Of a DNA stretch of 64,000 bases, positions 58,801 through 64,000 are shown one piece after another. Under the pieces are notes generated by a model. It had not been told where the DNA came from. It saw only the letters and a program-made list of their open reading frames with translations, and ran no database searches. Made by a program: the position numbers and the translations under genes. Where the stretch lies: positions 2,080,001 to 2,144,000 of the forward strand of contig CAVYRF010000002.1 of NCBI GenBank assembly GCA_963770895.1, given 5' to 3'. Each line of letters starts with the position of its first letter. Position 1 is the first letter of the stretch. The DNA is from an uncultured Acidobacteriota bacterium. GTDB lineage: Bacteria; Acidobacteriota; Thermoanaerobaculia; Multivoradales; UBA5704.

Positions 58801-61800
58801 TGCGATCGAGCTGACCGGCGACCTCAAGCCGGCGGTTCTGGCGCGCTGCTTTGCGGAGCTGCGCCGCCGCCACGAGACGCTGCGCACGGTTTTTGCCGCC
58901 GCACCCGACGGGCCGCGGCAGGTCGTCCTGCCGGCGCCCCCGTCGGACGGTGGCGCGCTGCCGGTGGTGGACCTGGCGGCGTTGCCGGCAGACCTGCGGG
59001 AGCGCGCCGCGGCGGCGCTGCTTGCCGCCGAGGCCGGGCGCTGCTTCGACCTGGCGCGCGGAACGCGGGCTCCGGCGAGTGCCGGCTGGCCATCGTGGCC
59101 GGCCGGCCTGCTGCGCGTGACGCTGCTGCGCCGCGGCCCGCGCGACCACCTGCTGCTGGCGACCCTCCACCACATCGTCAGCGACGGCTGGTCGCGCGGC
59201 GTGCTGGTCGGCGAGATCGCGGCGCTCTACGGCGCCTTCGCGGCCGGTGCGCCGTCGCCGCTCCCCGAGCTGGCGCTGCAATACGGCGACTACACGCTCT
59301 GGCAGCGCGTCTGGCTGAGCGGCGCGACGTTCGAGCGCGAGCTCGTCTGGTGGCGCGAGCGCCTGCGCGGCGTGCCGCCGGTCGTCGACCTGCCGCTCGA
59401 CCGGGCGCGGCCGGCGGTGGCCGGCGCGCGCGGCAGCAGCCGGCTGCTGGCGCTGCCCGCCGGCTGGTCGGAGTGGCTGGGGCAGCTTGCCCGCGAGCGC
59501 GGCGTGACGCCCTTCATGGTGCTCTTCGCCGGCCTCGCCGGCCTGCTCGGCCGCCATGGGGCGCAGCAGCGGTTCGCCATCGGCAGCCCGATCGCCGGCC
59601 GCCGGCACGTCGAGCTGGAGCCGCTGATCGGCTTCTTCGTCAACACCCTGGTGCTGCCCGCTGACCTGTCCGGCCGGCCGACCTTCGCCGAGCTGCTCGA
59701 TCGCGCCCGCGACACCTGTCTGGGCGCCTATTCGCACCAGGATCTGCCGTTCGAAAAGCTGGTCGAAGAGCTGGCGCCGGAGCGCAGTCTGGCGCACTCG
59801 CCGCTGTTCCAGGTGCTGCTCGTGCTGCAAAACACCCCGCGCCAGGCGATCGACCTTCCCGGCCTGACGCTGCGCTCGCGGGAGGCGGAGACCACGGTCG
59901 CCAAGTTCGACCTCACCTTCGCCTTCGACCAGGCGGGCGAGCAGCTGACCGGTGCGGCGCAGTGGAACGCCGACCTGTTCGACGCCGCGACGATCACGCG
60001 CCTGGCCGGCCATCTCACCGCCTTTGTCGCCGCCGGCGCCGCTGCGCCCGACCGCTGGTTCGCGGAGCTGCCGCTGCTGGGCGCGGCGGAACGGCAGCAG
60101 GTGGAAGAGTGGAACGCCACGGCGTCGGCGCCGCGCGCCTCGGTGGGCCTGGCCGGACTGGTCGCCGCCCAGGCGGCGCGTACACCCGAAGCGGTGGCGG
60201 CGGTTTTCGGCGACCAGGCCCTCACCTACGGCGAGCTCGACCGCCGGGCGGCGGCGCTCGCGGCGGCGCTGGCGGCGCGCGGCGTCGGGCCGGACGTGGC
60301 GGTCGCGCTGTGCATCGCCCCGTCGCTCGACATGGCGGTCGCTGTGCTCGCGGTGCTCGCCGCGGGCGGCGCCTACCTGCCGCTCGATCCGGCCTACCCG
60401 CGCGAGCGGCTGGCGGCGATGCTCGAAGACGGGCGGCCGGCCGTGCTGCTGGCCGCGCCGGATCTGCTCGAGCGGCTGCCGGCGCAGCGGCCGCCCGAGC
60501 TGCCTTGGCAGGACATCGTGCGATCGCCGGCGGCGGCAGCCGCGGCTGCCGGCGGCCACGGACCGGCCCGGGCGCTGGCGACGGCGGCCGGCTTGGGCTA
60601 CGTGATCTTCACCTCAGGCTCGACCGGGCGGCCGAAGGCGATCGGTCTGCCGCAAGGCGCCCTGGTCAATCTGATCCAGTGGCACCTCGACACCCTGCTC
60701 TGCGGCGCGCGCACGCTGCAGTTCGCCTCCCTGAGCTTCGACGCCAGCTGCCACGAGATGTTCGCCTGCTGGTCGTCGGGCGGCACCCTGGTGCTGATTC
60801 CCGAAACCTTGCGGCGCGACGCGCGCGAGCTCGCCCGGCTCTGCGTCGTCGAGACGATCGAAAAGGCCATTCTGCCGGTCCTGGTGCTGCAGCAGCTGGC
60901 CGAGATCTACGCCGAGCCGGGCGCGCCGCTGCCGGTGTGGAAGGAGATGACCACGACCGGCGAGCAGATGCAGATCACCCCGGCGGTCGTCGAGCTGTTC
61001 GAGCGGCTGCCCGGCTGCCGGCTGCACAACCACTACGGTCCCTCCGAAAGCCACGTGGTCACCACCCACACCCTGGGGCGGGAGCCGCGCGAATGGGCCT
61101 TCCACCCGCCGATCGGCAAGCCCCTGGCCAACAGCCGCATCGAGCTGCTGGGTCCCGGCCTGGACCGGGTGCCGCAGGGCGCGCCCGGCGAGCTGTACAT
61201 CGGCGGCGTCTGTCTGGCACGCGGATACCTCGGCCGGCCCGACCTCACCGCCGAGCGCTTCGTGCCCGATCCCTGGAGCTGTCTGCCCGGAGAGCGTCTC
61301 TACAAGACCGGCGACCTGTCGCGGTACCGGCCCGGCGGCGACATCGAATACCTGGGGCGCCTGGACCACCAGGTCAAGATCCGCGGCTTCCGCGTCGAGC
61401 CCGCGGAGGTGGAGTCGGCGCTCGGCGCGCACCCGGCGCTGGTCGAAACCGTGGTGGTGGCGATGGACGCGCCCGAGGGCGGCAAGCGGCTGGTCGCCTA
61501 CCTGGTCGGCCCGCCTGGCGGCGACCGGCCCGCGGCCGCGGCGCTGCGCGCCTGGCTGGGCGAGCGGCTGCCGCACTACATGTTGCCGGCGGCATTCGTC
61601 TGGCTCGACACGATGCCGCTGTCGCCCAACGGCAAGGTGGATCGCCAGGCGCTGCCGCGGCCGGAAGCGGCAGGGCGCGCGCAGGAGGGACCGCCCGCCG
61701 CCGCGCCGCGCGACCTGGTCGAGCTGCGGCTGGCCGGGGTGTGGCAAGACCTGCTGGGCGCCGGGCCGATCGGTCCCGCCGACAGCTTCTTCGGGCTGGG

Positions 61801-62758
61801 CGGGCACTCGCTGCTGGCGGTGCGCCTGATGAACCGCATCGAAGCGGCGTTCGGCCAGCGCCTGCCGCTGGCGGCCCTGTTCGAGAGCCCGACCCTGGAA
61901 GCCCTGGCCGTGCGCCTGCGGCGGGGGGCGCCGCCGGCGCGCCGCGAGCCCCTGGTGCATCTGCATGGCGACGGGCAGAACCTGCCGCTGTTCCTGGTCC
62001 ACCCCGCGGGTGGCAACGTACTTTGCTATTGGCAGCTGGCGCGCGCCCTGGGCGACGACACCCCGGTCTACGGGCTGCAGCTCCCCGATGCCGTGGACGC
62101 CGCGGCCCCGGCGCCGACCGTCGAGGCGCTGGCGGCCCGCTACCTGGAAACGATCAGGACCGTGCAACCGGAAGGCCCCTGCCATCTGGCCGGCTGGTCG
62201 CTCGGCGGTGCGATCGCCTTCGAGATGGCGCGCCAGCTGGACCTGGCCGGCCGCCAGGTCGGCCTGCTGGCGCTGCTCGACAGCTTCGCCCCATCGGCTG
62301 CGACACCGCCGCCTGCCGGCGCCGACCTGGTGCGCCGCTTCGGCGCCGACCTGGCCGGCCTGCTCGGTCAGGGCCGCCCGAGCCAGGCTCCCTTCGACCT
62401 GCCCGACACCGAGGCCGAAGCCCTGGCCGCGCTCGATGCCTACGGCCGCGCCCAGGGCCTGCTGCCGCCGGACCTGGACCGCGGCTCGATCGCGCAGCTG
62501 TTCGCGCTGTTTCGCACCAGCACCGCGGCGCTCGCCGCCTACCGCCCCCGGCCCTACGGCGGCGAAGCTCTGCTCTTCGCCGCCGCCGATTCCAGCGCCG
62601 CATCGCCCGACCGCGGCTGGCAGCCCCTGATCCGCCAGCTGACCGTCCAACCCATCGCCGGCGACCACTACGCCCTGGTCCGCCACCCCGCCGCCGATGC
62701 CATCGCCGCGGCCCTCCGCCCGCTGCTCGCCGCGGTGCGTCAACCCGTCCCGCAATAG
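52658..62758 (+). CDS. NRPS, 3' part (-1 frame continuation): A[FkbM MT]-T-C-A-T-C-A-T-TE
   Basis: Resumes as GDHESLTYAALDRRA (A1 core); DVGANIG and KVDVE MT motifs; HHVASD, HHIVSD; GWSLG thioesterase, GDHY. Confidence 0.93.
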   Translation, partial: RGAGDHESLTYAALDRRADRLARRLAARGVGPDTVVAICVERSLALVVGLLAILKAGGAYLPLDPDYPAERLRFMLRDSGARLLLTTAAPAAGPAWAGGDAGEPAVETLCVDEPAVAGPAPREAGRRLPGRARALPDHLAYVIYTSGSTGRPKGTMNTHRGIVNRLLWMQDQYRLQADDRVLQKTPVSFDVSVWELFWPLATGARLVMARPAGHRDVAYLRRVLVEQAITTLHFVPSMLRAFLDDWRSQEADAGGVPRGGSLRRVMASGEALDDDLQAAFHAALDAPLHNLYGPTEAAVDVTFWACVRQDDPRRVVPIGRPVANTAIALLDRAGREVPIGVAGELYISGVQLARGYLRRPALTAERFVPAAVAAGGGEADGDRAYRTGDVARWLPDGAIDFLGRADAQVKIRGVRIEPAEIAAAIARHPAVRQAVVVTAPHPAAGDHRLVAYLVPDPVCAAPLAVRAPVAAVAEPVASDLYELPNGLTVASLNRGETDFLYQEIFAGQGYLRHGIRLAEGDCVFDVGANIGMFTLFVGQRLRDVTIFAFEPIPPVYQTLRVNAERYGLRARLFECALADAPGTAELTYYPHATLISGRHADADAERRVVRGFLRGRPGGSDEPNLVEELLDERLRSERVAARLRTLSEVIAEHAVERIDLLKVDVEKAELEVLRGLRDQDWAKVRQVVVEVHDVAGRLQEIVALLGRHGFQVAVEQDTALAETVLYNLYARRPDAGPDAAAAVPVPPSGAAGRVWSSRRELFAELREQLAAALPDVMVPSAFVVVPALPLTPSGKVDRRALPAPDWDDVQGVGGMANGGAMGRVAPGDARQELLAGMFAELLGLAPERFGIHDSFFALGGHSLLATQLVSRVRRAFGVELPVRIVFQHPTVAGLGGAIAGLDAPAAAPPLGPRHGPGPAPLSFAQQRIWFLDRLAGGADHSYNIPAGLRLEGYLDAAAMARTLGAIARRHQVLRTVFVETAAGPLQVVRPAPAAALPIPLVDLAALAAPAAREGEAARLLAAEARRHFDLASEPPLRASLLRLTAREHHLLVTQHHVASDGWSLGILVGELAAIYGSLVAGKRDAVVSAARLPALPIQYADFAVWQRDWLAGPVLERELAWWRRRLAGAPAQLDLPADRPRPAVKSGRGAACPVELSPSVGAALAGAGRRQSATLAMGLLAGFAALLGRHGNQRDLSLGMPVAGRNRLEIEGLIGCFVNTLVLRVDLAAAATFGGLMAQVRESLLDAQLHQDLPFEKLVEELEPGRSLAAAPLFQALLTVQNAPLPPLVLPGLTATPLASPAVTAAKFDLSLNLGETAAGGVSGLLTYSTDLFDGATAVRLAAHLAALLAAAAAAPAAPLGELPLLSAAERHQLLAEWNDTPTAQPAMAAGCLHELAASWAAAEPDAVAVVCEREALSRGELDRRAGRLARRLRAVGVGPEEVVAIRLDLGLDAIVAVLATLKSGGAYLALDADLPAQRCAAILADARPRALLCRGAAPAGCAVPVIDPAAVDPGPAAGSDGDGDGDAAGARLPAVDPANLAYVIYTSGSTGTPKRVGIEHRQVTAYLPAVLARLGLPRQALLSLHQTLAVDAPATQLFAALCYGAALQLVVRERALDPERAADYFAAQPVDFLKIAPSHLGALLLGTRPRDILPRRLTMVGGEAIFWPLAEQIAALAGGGRLLNHYGPTEATVGVLTHWVEVPEGARPGVGSVPIGRPLASVRAYVLDAQLLPVAAGLAGELFIGGPQVTRGYLGRGDLTAERFRPDPWAPEPGGRMYGTGDQVRAGRDGVVTFLGRTDFQVKIRGFRIELGEIEAALQALPEVAAAAVVARGAAGGEPRLAAYVVPRPGTAPTALALRQALAGRLPAPMVPRDVVLLADLPRTGHGKLDRKALPEPAAEPATDFAAAAGGRLGATVATVGIGVALGDAVELALADAWSLLLGQAPASREQSFFDAGGHSLLAMQLAAHLRRSLGVELPLRALFEAPAFGAVAERLRQVAAAGTGAQLPPLAPVAGRGTELPLSFAQQRLWFLDQLQPGSAVYNMPYAIELTGDLKPAVLARCFAELRRRHETLRTVFAAAPDGPRQVVLPAPPSDGGALPVVDLAALPADLRERAAAALLAAEAGRCFDLARGTRAPASAGWPSWPAGLLRVTLLRRGPRDHLLLATLHHIVSDGWSRGVLVGEIAALYGAFAAGAPSPLPELALQYGDYTLWQRVWLSGATFERELVWWRERLRGVPPVVDLPLDRARPAVAGARGSSRLLALPAGWSEWLGQLARERGVTPFMVLFAGLAGLLGRHGAQQRFAIGSPIAGRRHVELEPLIGFFVNTLVLPADLSGRPTFAELLDRARDTCLGAYSHQDLPFEKLVEELAPERSLAHSPLFQVLLVLQNTPRQAIDLPGLTLRSREAETTVAKFDLTFAFDQAGEQLTGAAQWNADLFDAATITRLAGHLTAFVAAGAAAPDRWFAELPLLGAAERQQVEEWNATASAPRASVGLAGLVAAQAARTPEAVAAVFGDQALTYGELDRRAAALAAALAARGVGPDVAVALCIAPSLDMAVAVLAVLAAGGAYLPLDPAYPRERLAAMLEDGRPAVLLAAPDLLERLPAQRPPELPWQDIVRSPAAAAAAAGGHGPARALATAAGLGYVIFTSGSTGRPKAIGLPQGALVNLIQWHLDTLLCGARTLQFASLSFDASCHEMFACWSSGGTLVLIPETLRRDARELARLCVVETIEKAILPVLVLQQLAEIYAEPGAPLPVWKEMTTTGEQMQITPAVVELFERLPGCRLHNHYGPSESHVVTTHTLGREPREWAFHPPIGKPLANSRIELLGPGLDRVPQGAPGELYIGGVCLARGYLGRPDLTAERFVPDPWSCLPGERLYKTGDLSRYRPGGDIEYLGRLDHQVKIRGFRVEPAEVESALGAHPALVETVVVAMDAPEGGKRLVAYLVGPPGGDRPAAAALRAWLGERLPHYMLPAAFVWLDTMPLSPNGKVDRQALPRPEAAGRAQEGPPAAAPRDLVELRLAGVWQDLLGAGPIGPADSFFGLGGHSLLAVRLMNRIEAAFGQRLPLAALFESPTLEALAVRLRRGAPPARREPLVHLHGDGQNLPLFLVHPAGGNVLCYWQLARALGDDTPVYGLQLPDAVDAAAPAPTVEALAARYLETIRTVQPEGPCHLAGWSLGGAIAFEMARQLDLAGRQVGLLALLDSFAPSAATPPPAGADLVRRFGADLAGLLGQGRPSQAPFDLPDTEAEALAALDAYGRAQGLLPPDLDRGSIAQLFALFRTSTAALAAYRPRPYGGEALLFAAADSSAASPDRGWQPLIRQLTVQPIAGDHYALVRHPAADAIAAALRPLLAAVRQPVPQ
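54090..54855 (+). other. FkbM-type methyltransferase inserted between A8 and A9 of the module-4 A domain
   Basis: RLVAYLV, then LYQEIF, FDVGANIGMF, FEPIP, LLKVDVEKAE, then LP..MVPSAF and GKVDR. Confidence 0.88.
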
Positions 62759-62935
62759 CTCACAGTGCTGGTCGCTGACCATGGTTGTAAGCGAGCTGCG
62801 CGATGAGCGGCCCGCCGGGAGGAGGTGGATATCAAGAAATGACGATGTTACGATAAGTGAGTTCAGGCTTGGCGCCGGGGGCCGGAATGGAAAGCCCCGG
62901 AGCGCCGTCAGGTTCTGACGCAAGGAGCATCCTCA

Positions 62936-63207
62936 TGCAGCATCGATTTGCCAAGGCCAATACACCGCACCGCCATGTCCCGGCGCTTCTTTCCGTCGGC
63001 GGCGCCAACGGCACGATCGCGGTCGGCGACTCGGCGGCGGCCAGCGCGTTCGCCACCAGCGTCGTCGCATCGATGAACCAGTACGGCTTCGACGGCGTGG
63101 ATATCGACCTGGAACACGGCATCAGTCCGGTGCCGCTGGGCCAGGCGCTGCAGGCGATCGCCGCTGCCGCGCCGGTCCAGGACACCTCCGCGCTCCCCTG
63201 TACCTAG
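62936..63207 (+). pseudogene. GH18 chitinase fragment
   Basis: LLSVGGANG and YGFDGVDIDLE (DxxDxDxE) in only ~90 codons; most of the TIM barrel is absent. Confidence 0.7.
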
Positions 63208-63259
63208 TCTCGCGCGCGCTCTTTCCAGCCTCCCTCGGCCCTGGCCGCTCGGCCGCCGG

Positions 63260-63289
63260 GCCTGCCCGCGGAGTCGTCCGCGGGCAGGC
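63260..63289. terminator. Perfect 13-bp GC hairpin between convergent genes (terminator or 3' stabiliser)
   Basis: GCCTGCCCGCGGA-GTCG-TCCGCGGGCAGGC; no U-tract downstream on either strand. Confidence 0.55.
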
Positions 63290-63314
63290 AAAAGCGAGCG
63301 GGGGCCGGGACCTC

Positions 63315-63479
63315 CTAGTCGCGGATGCAGGGGGTGACGGTGTCGCAGTGGGGATGGGTCTTGGTGCAGAGGCTGCTGGCGGCGCCGGCGGCAACCTTGC
63401 TCAACTGGTCCTGCACGTCGAGCGAGCGGACGGTTTCGCGATGGAGGGAGAATTTCCTGTTCTGCTTGTGAACCTTCAT
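63315..63479 (-). CDS. Lanthipeptide-like RiPP precursor (54 aa)
   Basis: Hand translation MKVHKQNRKFSLHRETVRSLDVQDQLSKVAAG-AASSLCTKTHPHCDTVTPCIRD*; AAAGGAG RBS; core has 3 Cys, 2 Ser, 4 Thr. Confidence 0.75.
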   Translation of the reverse strand: MKVHKQNRKFSLHRETVRSLDVQDQLSKVAAGAASSLCTKTHPHCDTVTPCIRD

Positions 63480-63548
63480 TCACTTCTCCTTTCAAGTGCT
63501 CCGTCAGGGACGGCAACGGCTGCCGCCCGCGGCCGCACCATCGACACG

Positions 63549-63577
63549 ATTCTACAACGATGTCGCGCATATGACAA
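63549..63577 (-). promoter_or_regulatory. Sigma70-like promoter of the precursor gene
   Basis: TTGTCA-17 nt-TAGAAT on the minus strand, ~70 nt upstream of ATG 63479. Confidence 0.65.
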
Positions 63578-63718
63578 TGTGATTGCCAAGTAATGCCGCT
63601 TCCGTAGCATCGGAGTGCATCGACCATTCTCTGCCAGCACCTTCACTTCCGGCATTGAGCGCCCGGACCTGCGGTGGATCAACCTTGCGTTGCGTCACCG
63701 ATCTGGCACAATCGCCAT

Positions 63719-64000
63719 GTGACTGTCACGCGCTGGGTGCTGCTGCTGCTCCTGCTGCCGATGTGGCTGGTAGCACCGTTCTTCGGTCCGGTGCACTGGA
63801 TCTCTGGTGCCGCCATCGGCGTGGCGCTCGGGCTCTGCGCCTGGGGCAACCGCCGGGCAGGGGGCGGATGGGGGTTCCGCCGCGAAGCGTTGATGCCGGC
63901 GCTGGTCTGGGTCGCGGTGTTCACGGCGCCAGTCGTGGCGGCGGCGCTGCTGCTCGGGCACCAGCTGGGCACCCTGCATGCCAGAGACCAGCTGGCCGCG
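63719..64000 (+). CDS. Membrane protein, N-terminal part (possibly CPBP/CAAX-protease family); runs off the window
   Basis: Open frame from GTG 63719: VTVTRWVLLLLLLPMW..WGFRREALMPALVW; three hydrophobic segments; catalytic motifs not within the window. Confidence 0.45.
   Translation, partial: MTVTRWVLLLLLLPMWLVAPFFGPVHWISGAAIGVALGLCAWGNRRAGGGWGFRREALMPALVWVAVFTAPVVAAALLLGHQLGTLHARDQLAA

Noticed and set aside
42516-62923. Very long minus-strand ORFs (e.g. 52097..60559, 45846..49745, 42516..45752) opposite the NRPS
   Set aside because: Antisense shadows expected in very GC-rich coding DNA; low-complexity R/G/A/Q translation with no motifs

Overview
Very GC-rich bacterial DNA, most likely Acidobacteriota (two ADOP-type duplicated permeases, one paired with an acidobacterial PadR; inference). 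The left 40 kb is an accessory mosaic: diguanylate cyclase, ArnT-like GT, AlkZ/YcaQ-like protein, Lnt-like nitrilase, PadR-ADOP, a graspetide-like RiPP locus, a TPR-CHAT protease with a coupled unknown partner, a GT-C/class II terpene cyclase (DxDDTA) fusion coupled to UbiA, an orphan DUF1702 gene, an atypical divergent two-component pair, GH25, a TetR/serine hydrolase operon and a lower-GC islet. In the graspetide-like locus the repeat precursor is in frame with an N-terminally truncated ATP-grasp ligase across one TAG. The right 23 kb is one ~7,500-codon six-module NRPS (T-C-A-T-T-C-A-T-C-A-T-C-A[MT]-T-C-A-T-C-A-T-TE) broken by a -1 frameshift at a C5G6 run. A GH18 fragment and an unannotated 54-aa lanthipeptide-like precursor with its own promoter follow. 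No rRNA, tRNA, CRISPR array or transposase was recognised. All family calls come from motif recognition by eye, with no database searches.
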